The position numbers were made by a program, and so were the translations under genes. Of a stretch of DNA of 64,000 nucleotides, positions 46,879 to 57,071 are shown piece after piece (within the stretch, counting starts at the first letter, position 1; each line of letters begins with the position of its first letter). The stretch covers positions 248,001 through 312,000 of IMG/VR virus record IMGVR_UViG_3300025121_000011. The stretch is one strand, 5' to 3'. The notes beneath the pieces are model-generated. The model searched no databases and was not told the origin of the DNA. It saw only the letters and a program-made list of their open reading frames with translations.

Positions 46879-47242
46879 AATGAATTATAAGAAAGCAATT
46901 ATATGTTTACCGGAAGAGCATATTGTGCTTCGTGACGTATCAGTAAAATCAACTGAAATTGAAGGGTTGATTATGATAACCGGGCAGAGGAAAATTGTAG
47001 CAGAAGAAAGGTTGGCGAGTAAATTTCAAATCAAAGTAGAAGTGCAAAGATCTAAGTGGTCAATATGGCGGCTGTTTGGATTTCAGACTTATTTTAAGTA
47101 TGAAATAAATTTGCCAAGTGATTGGAATGCAAAATATAGTTGTTATGTTGATGATTATATTTGCATCAGATATGAATATATTACAAAAAGCTACATCGTA
47201 TCTATATATTCTACACAGATTTTCTTTGAAGAAGTTGTCTAA
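46841..47242 (+). CDS. hypothetical protein
   Basis: ORF in operon. Confidence 0.55.
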   Translation: MLMRHMNLLEKIKMNYKKAIICLPEEHIVLRDVSVKSTEIEGLIMITGQRKIVAEERLASKFQIKVEVQRSKWSIWRLFGFQTYFKYEINLPSDWNAKYSCYVDDYICIRYEYITKSYIVSIYSTQIFFEEVV

Positions 47243-47540
47243 GTTTTACCTATTCCAACTGAATTGCGAGAGCGAAAAAGAGTGGATTGATTTTTATTAT
47301 GGTTTATCAGTCCTCCTTCATATTTAGTTATATAATTGCTTATACGGTTGTTTTAGATGTTTTGTCTATATTTAAATAGCAATATACAAAAGATATACGT
47401 CTAAGAAAAGTTTGAATTAAGTAAAAATATTTAGATAGCGATAAAATTCAGTATCTGTTGAGTTTGTTAGAGAAATTTATACACAAATTGATGAAGTTAA
47501 TATCATTGGGTATTATTCTTCTTATGATGTTATTCATGTT

Positions 47541-47607
47541 GATGTTAACCGATGAACAGAAGAAATCGGTGATATATAATATGGATGCAATTGGAGGTTG
47601 GAAATGA
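47541..47607 (+). pseudogene. 3' remnant of a fourth copy of the Imm5-like tandem gene
   Basis: GATGTTAACCGATGAACAGAAGAAA...ATGGATG..ATTGG..TTGGAAATGA matches the 3' ends of copies 1 and 2. Confidence 0.7.
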
Positions 47608-48104
47608 TCTCATCAAGAGATTTGATTCTTTTTATTAATCCTCCAAAATATTTATCCGTATTGATTGCTTATACAGTTGCCGCAGATGTTCTGCCTATAT
47701 TTGAAAAGCATTTTCCGAAGGATTTGAGACCGAGAAAAGCTGTTGAAGCGTCTAAGATGTATTTGGATGGATATGCGGTTGATGCTGCTGCTTATGTTGA
47801 TGCTCCTTCTGCTCATTATGCTCCTTCTGCTCATTATGCTGCTGTTGCTGTTAATGCTGCTGATGCTTATGCTGCTGCTAATGCTGCTGCTAATGCTGTT
47901 TATTTTACGGCCAAAGATTCTTCCGAAGAACACATCTTTAACCTAATTTTATCTCTGCTTCCTCAGATGATCGATTATGCTGTTGAAAATCAAGTTAAGT
48001 TATTCACCGGGTCTGGAGACTTCTCAGAAATATTTGAGATGTTAACCGATGAACAGAAGAAGCTGGTGATATACAATATGGATGTAATTGGGAATTGGAA
48101 ATGA
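47604..48104 (+). CDS. Imm5-like Ala/Tyr-rich protein, copy 1
   Basis: AADVLPIFEKHFPKDLRPRKAVEASKMYL plus Ala-rich variable core; ATGA-coupled tandem. Confidence 0.7.
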   Translation: MISSRDLILFINPPKYLSVLIAYTVAADVLPIFEKHFPKDLRPRKAVEASKMYLDGYAVDAAAYVDAPSAHYAPSAHYAAVAVNAADAYAAANAAANAVYFTAKDSSEEHIFNLILSLLPQMIDYAVENQVKLFTGSGDFSEIFEMLTDEQKKLVIYNMDVIGNWK

Positions 48105-48658
48105 TTTCATCAAAAGATTTGGTTTTATTCATTAATCCTCCTAAATATTTATCCGTATTGATTGCTTATACAGTTGCCGCAGATGTTCTGCCTATATTTG
48201 AAAAGCATTTTCCGAAGGATTTGAGACCGAGAAAAGCTGTTGAAGCGTCTAAGATGTATTTGGATGGATATGCGGTTGATTCTGCTACCGCTGTTAATGC
48301 TGCTAATGCTGCTGCTAATGCTGCTTATGCTGCTGTTAATACTGCTGCTAATGCTGCTGCTAATGCTGCTGCTTATGCTGCTGCTTATGCTGCTGCTTAT
48401 GCTGTTTATTATGTTGATGCTACTGATGTTGCTGCTAATGCTGCTTATGCTGCTTGTTATGCAGCCAAAGCCTCTTCCGAAGAACACATCTTTAATCTTA
48501 TTCTATCTCTGCTTCCTCAGATGATCAATTATGCTGTTGAAAATCAAATCAAGTTGTTCACCGGACCTGGAGATTTCTCAGAGATATTTGAGATGTTAAC
48601 CGATGAACAGAAGAAGCTGGTGATATACAATATGGATGTAATTGGGAATTGGAAATGA
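48101..48658 (+). CDS. Imm5-like Ala/Tyr-rich protein, copy 2
   Basis: Near-identical flanks to copy 1, longer variable core. Confidence 0.7.
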   Translation: MISSKDLVLFINPPKYLSVLIAYTVAADVLPIFEKHFPKDLRPRKAVEASKMYLDGYAVDSATAVNAANAAANAAYAAVNTAANAAANAAAYAAAYAAAYAVYYVDATDVAANAAYAACYAAKASSEEHIFNLILSLLPQMINYAVENQIKLFTGPGDFSEIFEMLTDEQKKLVIYNMDVIGNWK

Positions 48659-49164
48659 TTTCATCAAAAGATTTGGTTTTATTCATTAATCCTCCTAAAT
48701 ATTTATCTGTATTGATTGCTTATACAGTTGCCGCAGATGTTCTGCCTATATTTGAAGAGAAGTATCCGAAGGATTTAAGACCGAGAAAAGCTGTTGAAGT
48801 TGCTAAGATGTATTTGGAAGGATATGCTGCTGATGCTTATGATGCTGCTATTTATTATGTTACTGATGCTGCTTATGCTATTGATGCCACTGTTTATGCT
48901 GCTAATGCTGCTTATTATGCTGCTTATGCTGCTTATGCTGTTACTTATAATTCTGATGCTGCCTATGCCGCTTATTATGCAGCTAAAGCTTCTTCCGAAG
49001 AACACATCTTCAACCTGATTTTATCTCTGCTTCCTCAGATGATCAATTATGCTGTTGAAAATCAAATTAAGTTATTCACAGGACCCGGAGATTTCTCAGG
49101 AATATTTGAGATGTTAACCGATGAACAGAAGAAGCTGGTGATATTCAATATGGATGTAATTTAA
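48655..49164 (+). CDS. Imm5-like Ala/Tyr-rich protein, copy 3
   Basis: Near-identical flanks, distinct variable core. Confidence 0.7.
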   Translation: MISSKDLVLFINPPKYLSVLIAYTVAADVLPIFEEKYPKDLRPRKAVEVAKMYLEGYAADAYDAAIYYVTDAAYAIDATVYAANAAYYAAYAAYAVTYNSDAAYAAYYAAKASSEEHIFNLILSLLPQMINYAVENQIKLFTGPGDFSGIFEMLTDEQKKLVIFNMDVI

Positions 49165-49194
49165 ACAATAATCTGAACAATAGAGGATAATGAT

Positions 49195-50160
49195 ATGAAG
49201 CTTGAAGAAATTGGTTTTTATAGTTTGCACGATGAGCGAGCCAAAAATACTTCGTCCTCTTCTCCTATGCAACGATGCGAAGTTTTAATTACGGAGGATT
49301 GCAATTTTAGTTGTCCTTATTGCAAGATGAAGAAGAATAGTTCTTATCTTTCTTTTGAAGATGCAAAAACCCTTATTGATTATTGGGCAGATGATGGATT
49401 AGTTAATATTCGATTCTCCGGAGGAGAGCCGACTATGAATCCGTATCTTTATCAGATGGTAGAATATGCTAAGAGTCGCGAGATTAAACGGATAGCTATT
49501 TCTACCAATGGCTCCATGGTAACCGAGGTTTATCACGATCTGGTTCAAGCGGGAGTAAATGACTTCTCTATTTCACTTGATGCTTGTTGTGCATCTGATG
49601 GAGATATTATGGCAGGTGGTGTTGAGGGCTCTTTTAATAGGGTGATTGAAAATATCAAATATTTGTCAGCAAGAACATATGTTACGGTAGGAGTTGTTAT
49701 TACTCATGAGAATGTTTCTAATGTGGCGAATATTGTTCGTTTTGCTCATGAACTTGGAGTTGCGGATATTCGCTTGATTTCTGCTGCACAATATAATGTT
49801 CTTTTAAAAGGAGTAGAGGATATCGATCCACAGATACTTGAGGCTCACCCGATTCTTAAGTATCGAGTTAATAATATTTTAGCCGGCCATAATGTGCGCG
49901 GTATGAAAGATTGTGATTCTCATACTTGTTATTTAATTCAGGACGATTCTGTGGTAGTTAATGGGAAGCATTATCCTTGTGTTATTCATATGAGGGAAAG
50001 TGGTAAACCAATTGGAAAGATTGGACCAAATATGCGACAGGAAAGAATTGCTTGGATGAAAAATCATGATCCTCATGATGACCCGATATGCAGATCGAAT
50101 TGCTTGGATATTTGTATTCTATACTCTAATAAGGTAAGATCATTTCACAAGGACATTTAA
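49195..50160 (+). CDS. radical SAM protein
   Basis: CNFSCPYC cluster motif, FSGGEPT, ISTNG, SISLD. Confidence 0.9.
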   Translation: MKLEEIGFYSLHDERAKNTSSSSPMQRCEVLITEDCNFSCPYCKMKKNSSYLSFEDAKTLIDYWADDGLVNIRFSGGEPTMNPYLYQMVEYAKSREIKRIAISTNGSMVTEVYHDLVQAGVNDFSISLDACCASDGDIMAGGVEGSFNRVIENIKYLSARTYVTVGVVITHENVSNVANIVRFAHELGVADIRLISAAQYNVLLKGVEDIDPQILEAHPILKYRVNNILAGHNVRGMKDCDSHTCYLIQDDSVVVNGKHYPCVIHMRESGKPIGKIGPNMRQERIAWMKNHDPHDDPICRSNCLDICILYSNKVRSFHKDI

Positions 50161-50197
50161 ACTAGTTAAACATAAAAACTAAAAATATGAGGTAATA

Positions 50198-51286
50198 ATG
50201 CGATTTATTCATTTTCCAAAAATTGGTCAATTCAAGGATGCTATTCATTCGATTCGTCAACGAGGCGCTTATGTAGGTAGAGATGTTAATGGCGATATTA
50301 TTTATGATAGTTCTATTTTGATGCCAAAAATTACATTCATTGGTTCTGTTAAAATGCATGGTACTAATTCTGCTGTATCTTTTCATCGTATGGAAGGAGT
50401 GAGGCAGGCTCAATCTAGGAATAAGATTTTATCTATAGAATCAGATAACAATGGATTTTGTAGATTTACAGAGTCTATTCCCGAAGATGTTTGGGATTTT
50501 CTTTTTAATTCTCTATTATCTCCACTAATTACTGAGCCATATCTTTTTGGACGAGTAACGGTTTTTGGAGAATGGATTGGTCCCGGTGTTCAGGGTGGTG
50601 AAATTGGTATTAAATATCTTCCGAATAAAATCTTTGTAGTGTTCGGAGTATATGTTGGGGAGCGTGATGAATTAGAAGATAAAACTCCCACCGGATACTT
50701 TGTTCCTCTTTGTGATATTCCATCTTTCAATGATGAATCTTATCATCTGAATGATAATAGAATTTATTTAATTACTGATTTAGCTCCAACTTTCAAAATA
50801 GAAGTCGATTGTAATTATCCAGAAATTTCTAGGAATAAGTTGGTCGAATTAACTATGCAAGTTGAAGCTAAGTGCCCAGTCGCCAATTACTTTGGAATTG
50901 AAGGAACGGGAGAGGGCATCGTATGGTGCTCAATTACGGAAGGGTGGATGGGTCCAGATTTTTGGTTTAAGACCAAGGGAGAAAAGCATTCCGCTTCAAA
51001 GATAAAAAAGATAGCCGAAGTAGATGTAACAAAGGTAGAGGGAGTAATTGCGTTTTTAGAAGAGACTCTAACTGAAGTTAGATTGAATCAAGCTTTGGAA
51101 TACTTAAAAGAAAAAGAGATGCCTATCGATCGAAGTAGCACAGGCGAGTTTGTTCGGTGGATGATCAATGACGTTACTACTGAAGAGGCTATAATGATGG
51201 AAGCCTCAGGACTTACAGTAAAAGAAGTTGGTCCCAAATTAGGCACAGCCGCCAGGCAGTGGTTTTTTAATCAACTTAATAAGTAG
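50198..51286 (+). CDS. RNA ligase, Rnl2-like family
   Basis: VKMHGTN motif I, FGEWIG, FVVFGV, GEGIVW, FKTKGEKH. Confidence 0.85.
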   Translation: MRFIHFPKIGQFKDAIHSIRQRGAYVGRDVNGDIIYDSSILMPKITFIGSVKMHGTNSAVSFHRMEGVRQAQSRNKILSIESDNNGFCRFTESIPEDVWDFLFNSLLSPLITEPYLFGRVTVFGEWIGPGVQGGEIGIKYLPNKIFVVFGVYVGERDELEDKTPTGYFVPLCDIPSFNDESYHLNDNRIYLITDLAPTFKIEVDCNYPEISRNKLVELTMQVEAKCPVANYFGIEGTGEGIVWCSITEGWMGPDFWFKTKGEKHSASKIKKIAEVDVTKVEGVIAFLEETLTEVRLNQALEYLKEKEMPIDRSSTGEFVRWMINDVTTEEAIMMEASGLTVKEVGPKLGTAARQWFFNQLNK

Positions 51287-51289
51287 GAG

Positions 51290-51535
51290 ATGTCCATGTC
51301 TTTTACATTTGTTAATGTACTTTTCATTCTCTTTATTTATATGATAGTTTTTGGTTATCCACTTCGTGGTATAATTTTATTATTTTTATGGATAATAGAT
51401 TGTTTTCCAGAAACAAAACATGATCGTTTGTTAATAATTTCTTCATGTATACTTCCAGTATTTGGAGAGTGTGTGGTTCTTTGGTTCTTAATTAAGCAAA
51501 TGATTAAGTGGATAAAGGAGGGAAAAGGTGATTAA
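51290..51535 (+). CDS. small membrane protein
   Basis: Two hydrophobic helices. Confidence 0.55.
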   Translation: MSMSFTFVNVLFILFIYMIVFGYPLRGIILLFLWIIDCFPETKHDRLLIISSCILPVFGECVVLWFLIKQMIKWIKEGKGD

Positions 51536-51854
51536 AATTAACGGTAAAACATTTTTTACAACTAATATTTCAAATGTTTCTATTCGTAATAATGAAATAT
51601 ATATCGACGGAAAGTTGGTAGGCGATAGTAAAGATGCAGAACAGGGTATTCTTACTGTCAAGATTGAGGGTAATTTGGTTAGCTTAATTTGTGATGCAAC
51701 AGTAGAAGTAACAGGCAATGTAAATGGTAGCATTAGCGCTGGTAACTCTGTTTACTGTGGTAATGTTAATGGAAATGTTAATTGTGGAAATTCTGCTCAT
51801 TGTAATAATATTGAAGGCAATGTAACTGCTGGAAATTCGGTTCATAAATTATAA
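51528..51854 (+). CDS. beta-repeat (G-N-V-x-G) protein
   Basis: VTGNVNGSISAGNSVYCGNVNGNVNCGNS repeats. Confidence 0.6.
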   Translation: MIKINGKTFFTTNISNVSIRNNEIYIDGKLVGDSKDAEQGILTVKIEGNLVSLICDATVEVTGNVNGSISAGNSVYCGNVNGNVNCGNSAHCNNIEGNVTAGNSVHKL

Positions 51855-52149
51855 AGAATTGATTCTTGTAATAAAATTTATGTAGTCGAAAAGATTATTA
51901 TCTTAGAAAAAAAAGTATCAAGATAATGTATCGATATAAAGCCACGGGATTGCTTTGATTTAGCGTAAGGATGGCGGACTCAGGTCCGCTATTTGGCGCA
52001 TTGGTTGTCATGGATTAATAGAGGTGATAATTGTATAATAAAAGTTTTATTGATCTTAGTAAAGATAAGTCAATGAATTGTAGCTAAGGTTTTATTATTT
52101 TGATTCGAAAATCGATTGTTCAATACTCAGGATAGAAAGGGAAATAATA

Positions 52150-53511
52150 ATGATTATACGATTTACATCGACCAATCCAAACGCACTTGATATTCTTAAA
52201 AAGAATCCAGAAAGTTTTTCAGGTATTCAATTGAGAAGTCATAAAAATGGTGTGGCTATAGGTAGGATTATTTCCGCAAAGATTCCTATTGAATATCATA
52301 TGATCTTTCAAGATACTAAATATAGTTACTCTCAGGATTCCTCTAATCAGATTGATTTTCAAAGTTATTGCAATCCTCGTGCAGCACTTGGTTTAATTGG
52401 AGAGTTACTCCGGCACGTATTAGTATCAGATCAAGATTGGCGGGATACAGATATTCCATGGCTTAACTCTACAATTGGAGAAGTTGATACAAGAGACTTT
52501 AACCACACTATTATAGTAGATAATTTATATGCAGATGGTTTTAACTTAGATGGAGGGCTGGTTTTAGAAAAGTATTTTAAGGAGATTTCTCTAAAAAGAA
52601 ATGGTCAGAATCAGTTTGAGCTAAAGATAGATGTCTGTCGAGATACAATACATTATACCATTAATTTATTGGCTTTTGTATGTATGTATTTGGCGGCAAC
52701 TAATAAACAGCCTTGGTATCTTAACCGAGATATAGCATCAAAATACATTAGAGTTTTAGAAAATATTGGTGACGTGCCATATTTTATTTTATATCTTTTT
52801 GCCCGTTCCTGTCTTCCATCGGAAGAATTATTTAATGAATTCGCTCCTCGATTGGAGAATATTTTTTACAGCTATGATGATCGAGCAAATGATCTAACTA
52901 TGGTATATGGAAATACTCAATCAATGAGATTGCGAAGTATTTCTGATTTGCTTTTAACTAATGATAAAATTTTTTCTAACATTATAGAAATTGGTTGTGG
53001 CGATGGAGATTATCCTCGCCGATTAGCAAAGAAGTTGAATAATGGATTAAGTTGGTGGTCATATGATATTGAAGATCATAGTTATCTTAATCGTAAAATT
53101 CCAGAAATGATGGGAAAATTAGCAACATTTAAATTTACTCAAGAGTGGGATCAAATTCCTTTATTGGATAACCCTATAGTATTGTTAGTAGAAGTAATTG
53201 AGCATATGTCGGTTGAAGAAGCGATAGAATTAATCTGTCGAATTTTAGATAAGCACTCTCCGACACAATTAATTATTACTACTCCAAATAGGACATTTAA
53301 TAATTATTATCGGTTTGATCCCGAAGATGATGGATTTAGACACAGCGATCACAATTTTGAAATGACTCAGGAGCAATTTAAAGAATATATTCTTAGTATC
53401 ATTAAATTGCTCCCATATGATGCATCCTTTTTCGGAATTGGTGATCGAATTGATGCAGATTATACTACTCAAGGAGTGGTATTAACTCGTAAAGATCCTG
53501 GGTCAAGCTAA
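52150..53511 (+). CDS. hen1: Hen1-like 3'-terminal RNA 2'-O-methyltransferase
   Basis: N-terminal ILKKNP Hen1-L-type region; IIEIGCGDG, EVIEHM, IITTPN and FRHSDHNFE motifs. Confidence 0.85.
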   Translation: MIIRFTSTNPNALDILKKNPESFSGIQLRSHKNGVAIGRIISAKIPIEYHMIFQDTKYSYSQDSSNQIDFQSYCNPRAALGLIGELLRHVLVSDQDWRDTDIPWLNSTIGEVDTRDFNHTIIVDNLYADGFNLDGGLVLEKYFKEISLKRNGQNQFELKIDVCRDTIHYTINLLAFVCMYLAATNKQPWYLNRDIASKYIRVLENIGDVPYFILYLFARSCLPSEELFNEFAPRLENIFYSYDDRANDLTMVYGNTQSMRLRSISDLLLTNDKIFSNIIEIGCGDGDYPRRLAKKLNNGLSWWSYDIEDHSYLNRKIPEMMGKLATFKFTQEWDQIPLLDNPIVLLVEVIEHMSVEEAIELICRILDKHSPTQLIITTPNRTFNNYYRFDPEDDGFRHSDHNFEMTQEQFKEYILSIIKLLPYDASFFGIGDRIDADYTTQGVVLTRKDPGSS

Positions 53512-53969
53512 TGTGGGGCATTAGTCGTAAAGATTCTAGCCCATGTAATGTAGTACCACCACTTTTTATTAAATATTTAGATTATTTAGTGAGAGATGGA
53601 CAATTATATTATATGAAGAGAAATTCTATAAGTCCATCTGTAATGATTCCAGATTCAGCTTACAGTTGGGGCTGGGATAATGCCGGGAATTATGGATTTG
53701 TTTGGCGCGGACCTAATGCCTATGAAGGGAATTTGCCATCCGATTTAGCTGGAATATTTCCACTGTGGGATATAATTTGGTCTTTTGCTTATCGTTATGA
53801 AAGACATCTTGTAGCAGAACAGAATTGGAATGCAACTCAAAGAGAATACTTTTATATCCTTCCTGATAGATTTTTGGAATTAGAAGAAATAAGAGAGTTA
53901 TGCGAACAAAATCTTTGGGTTGAGGCCGCTTCTTTATATGAGGTTAAGAAAAAAATATGGTGCGATTAA
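53511..53969 (+). CDS. hypothetical protein
   Basis: Coupled ORF. Confidence 0.6.
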   Translation: MWGISRKDSSPCNVVPPLFIKYLDYLVRDGQLYYMKRNSISPSVMIPDSAYSWGWDNAGNYGFVWRGPNAYEGNLPSDLAGIFPLWDIIWSFAYRYERHLVAEQNWNATQREYFYILPDRFLELEEIRELCEQNLWVEAASLYEVKKKIWCD

Positions 53970-54157
53970 CTTTGAAATTTCCAAATATTACTGCTGATAT
54001 TTTAGAGGAAAAGTTAAAGGATGCTGTTGAAAAATTTACATTATCCGCAGAGTATTCTGATGGCGAAGTAATCATTATTGGATCAAAAGAGGCAATTCAT
54101 ATAATTCAAAAGGCATATAAAATACAACAGATGCTTTCATCTATGACAGTCAATTAG
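53957..54157 (+). CDS. hypothetical protein
   Basis: Coupled ORF. Confidence 0.5.
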   Translation: MVRLTLKFPNITADILEEKLKDAVEKFTLSAEYSDGEVIIIGSKEAIHIIQKAYKIQQMLSSMTVN

Positions 54158-54167
54158 TGAGGCTTGC

Positions 54168-54578
54168 ATGTCTGATTATGAGTTTGAATCAAATAGTTTG
54201 TTAAATGCTCTTCAACACATTGATTGGGATAAGTTAGTTCTTAATAAAAATTCAGGTATGGCACGTTTGCTTACTGGAAGAGATGATTCTATTCCACTTA
54301 ATAAAATACAAGTGAAGATTGTGTATTCAGATTATAATCCGGTTGGATGGGCTTGGGTTTTTCCATATATTGATTATGATGGCCGTCGGCGCCTCGGATT
54401 TATGATTTTTATTCAAAGAGAATATCGTCGCAAAGGCTTGGGATCTAAATTGTTAGATTGGGGTCGAAACATTGCACGTCAAAAGCACATTAAATTTATT
54501 GTATATCCATGGGATAAAAAAGGACATTTGTTTTTTGAATCAGCCGGAATAACAAGTAGAAACAAAGGGGACTGGTAA
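54168..54578 (+). CDS. GNAT-family acetyltransferase
   Basis: FIQREYRRKGLGSKLL acetyl-CoA-binding motif A. Confidence 0.8.
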   Translation: MSDYEFESNSLLNALQHIDWDKLVLNKNSGMARLLTGRDDSIPLNKIQVKIVYSDYNPVGWAWVFPYIDYDGRRRLGFMIFIQREYRRKGLGSKLLDWGRNIARQKHIKFIVYPWDKKGHLFFESAGITSRNKGDW

Positions 54579-55804
54579 TGGGTAAACGATATTTAACTGA
54601 AAAAGAAGAGGGGCGTATTCGTCGAGCTATTAAGCAGAAGATTCAGTTTTTTTCGCCTACTATCTCTCCAGCTCCAAAAGATATGACTCGTAGAGAGATT
54701 GAAAGCATTCGTTCTGCAATCATGATTTATCATGAAGCTGGTATGAAAGGTGTTGTTATTCAACCAAAGTATATGGGTTCTTATTGTGATATTTATTTGC
54801 ATCGAGATCTTGATAAGACTAAATTTTATTCTCGTCGTGGTTATGAAGTTAGACTTGATTTTGAAATCTTGATTCAAGCAGTTAAATATTTGCATAATAA
54901 GTTTTTTTCCGATGAGTGTGAAATTAATTTTAAAGATGCAGAATTAATCATTATTCAATCCGAGCTTATGCCTTGGCATGCTTTAGGTGGAGGATTAATT
55001 GAGCGAGATTTTGGAGGGTATGAAATCTCTCACCGTATTCACCAAAGGTATTTTGCATCTACTGGCATTAAAAAAGATGTAGAGTCTTTAACAGAAGATC
55101 CGATTTATCGTCAATTTTTAGAAGATAAGTGTGTTATGGATCGTAAGACACTTCTTAAAAAGTATCCAATGCATATTGCTTCTCAATATGAAGCTTTAGA
55201 AGCTCTTGCTTTTCCAGATGTAGAACAGTATCTTCAAGATATTGAAGTTTATTCCGAACAGCTTTCTCTATATGGTTCGGCAGGAGAATTGCATTTTAAA
55301 CCTTTTAATATTTTAAAGATTGTATATTGTGATGGGCGGGAGGTAATTCCTGGTGATCATAAATTTGGATTTTTATCAGTGAGATTAAATCAAGAAGAAA
55401 ATCCAATGTTTGAAATCGATTTCTCAACACCAGAATTGGATAAACAAATCGATTTAGCTTATAAATTCTTTAATACATTAACTGATGATAAAAAGATGGA
55501 GGGAGTAATTATCAAGCCGATTGGGATATGGAATCCTGATGTTGCACCAATGTTTAAGGTTCGAAATAATAATTACTTACAAATGATTTATGGTGTCAAT
55601 TTTCAGCGTGAGTATGATTATTATCTTAATAAACGAAGCATTGGTGGAAAAGTAAGGGCTTCTAAAAACCAATGGAATATTGCACAAGAAATTATTAAAA
55701 TTCCTATGACGGAAATTAGTGATGACAATGTTAATTACACCAAATTAATTCGTGGTAGAATTTATGAAGAAGATTATGAGAGGTTGTTAGATTCTAGATT
55801 ATAA
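54578..55804 (+). CDS. stand-alone ligase domain of bacterial Pnkp (RNA repair)
   Basis: VIQPKYMGS, ELMPW, FKPFNILK, MEGVIIKP, FKVRNNNYLQMIYG. Confidence 0.85.
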   Translation: MGKRYLTEKEEGRIRRAIKQKIQFFSPTISPAPKDMTRREIESIRSAIMIYHEAGMKGVVIQPKYMGSYCDIYLHRDLDKTKFYSRRGYEVRLDFEILIQAVKYLHNKFFSDECEINFKDAELIIIQSELMPWHALGGGLIERDFGGYEISHRIHQRYFASTGIKKDVESLTEDPIYRQFLEDKCVMDRKTLLKKYPMHIASQYEALEALAFPDVEQYLQDIEVYSEQLSLYGSAGELHFKPFNILKIVYCDGREVIPGDHKFGFLSVRLNQEENPMFEIDFSTPELDKQIDLAYKFFNTLTDDKKMEGVIIKPIGIWNPDVAPMFKVRNNNYLQMIYGVNFQREYDYYLNKRSIGGKVRASKNQWNIAQEIIKIPMTEISDDNVNYTKLIRGRIYEEDYERLLDSRL

Positions 55805-55820
55805 ACAAAAGGTGGTGTAG

Positions 55821-56315
55821 ATGTCTTCTGGTCATGATTCTCAATTGCAAGATGTATTAAGACTTTATGGTTATAAATGTTTTTGGTGCAGAACTGATAT
55901 AGTCAGGGTTTCTTCTTATAGAAAGATGTCTTCGCATGAAAAATCTAAATATAGGGTTGCTACGATAGATCATCTTCTTCCGCAATCTTTTGCTGGCACC
56001 AATAATTTAAAAAATTTACGACCATCTTGTACTGATTGTAATGGGGCGCGAGGTAATGGTTGGCATAAAGATGAGGCAGAAGTTTTCCCAAGTTGTCCAT
56101 TATTGCAAAAGTTAGAGAAGGAAAAGAAAAATCTCAATATTAAACTTAGTTTTCCGGATTCTACAAAGTGGCATGCTAAGTGGGGTTCTCGTTTGAGATA
56201 TACAATTCTTCCTTATGTATCGAAACAGGAGGGAGAAGATACGGAGATTAAACTGGATTTAATTTCCGAAGAAATGAATCTGGAGATTCTTAATGAAGGC
56301 TCTGAATTGGATTAA
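55821..56315 (+). CDS. HNH endonuclease
   Basis: CFWC..ATIDHLLP..GTNNLKNLRPSCTDCNGARG. Confidence 0.85.
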   Translation: MSSGHDSQLQDVLRLYGYKCFWCRTDIVRVSSYRKMSSHEKSKYRVATIDHLLPQSFAGTNNLKNLRPSCTDCNGARGNGWHKDEAEVFPSCPLLQKLEKEKKNLNIKLSFPDSTKWHAKWGSRLRYTILPYVSKQEGEDTEIKLDLISEEMNLEILNEGSELD

Positions 56316-56535
56316 AGTTATTAAAGCAGAAGAAAATGATGATGAAACTTTTTATCAACTTCGTAAGTTAATTCGTGTTTCAGATATTCGTGATATAGAT
56401 GAGTTAACTTATGAAAATGATGATGGAGAATCTGAGTTTTCTGGATGTTTAATTAATTTTTATGATGGAGACTCCATTAGAGTCTTTGATTCTTATGAGG
56501 AGCTTTACGAAAGTTTAGAAGGAGTTTTAAAATGA
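56293..56535 (+). CDS. acidic hypothetical protein
   Basis: ORF in operon. Confidence 0.55.
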   Translation: MKALNWIKVIKAEENDDETFYQLRKLIRVSDIRDIDELTYENDDGESEFSGCLINFYDGDSIRVFDSYEELYESLEGVLK

Positions 56536-57071
56536 CGCCAATTTTAGTATTGCTTATTATGATGTTTATTCAAATAGGATTTGGAATAATTTGGTCTATA
56601 CTGAAATATAAAAAGAATACGAAAAATAGCGGTTCTCTTGAATCTGAAGTAGAATTTTTGGAAAAGAAGATTAATGAACTTAATAAATATAATTCAAAGT
56701 TAGAAAAAAAAGTTACGTCTCAGTTAGATTCCTTGAATAAATTCGTAGAAGCTTCAAAAACTCAGACGGTTAAGTATGTAAACCCAAAAATTGAAGAACT
56801 TGAAGATAAACCCCATTTGTTTACTTATAGAGGAAGTATTGTAAAGAATTTAAAGATAATGGAAGAAGATTTAAAATCTTTATCAAATGGCGGGCGATGC
56901 AAGGTTGAGTTAACGGTTAAGGTGATTGGAGGATGGAAAGCTCACCTTATGAAGACTTGGACTTGTCCAAAGACTGAGCACAGATATGATATATTATCAG
57001 AGCATATAAAAATATCTCCTTATAGAGGCACAGCAGATCAGATTATAAGTGAGATAAAAGGAGTCTGTTAG
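56532..57071 (+). CDS. membrane-anchored coiled-coil protein
   Basis: N-terminal TM followed by heptad-rich segment. Confidence 0.6.
   Translation: MTPILVLLIMMFIQIGFGIIWSILKYKKNTKNSGSLESEVEFLEKKINELNKYNSKLEKKVTSQLDSLNKFVEASKTQTVKYVNPKIEELEDKPHLFTYRGSIVKNLKIMEEDLKSLSNGGRCKVELTVKVIGGWKAHLMKTWTCPKTEHRYDILSEHIKISPYRGTADQIISEIKGVC

Noticed and set aside
47652-49018. Overlapping poly-Ser/Ile and poly-Leu/Met ORFs in other frames
   Set aside because: Shadow translations of the GCT-rich repeats; no RBS.
47604-49164. Diversity-generating retroelement acting on the NNT-codon Ala/Tyr cores
   Set aside because: There is no reverse transcriptase or template repeat in the window, and the copies differ by length changes as well as substitutions, which fits triplet slippage and recombination. 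It cannot be excluded without the full genome.
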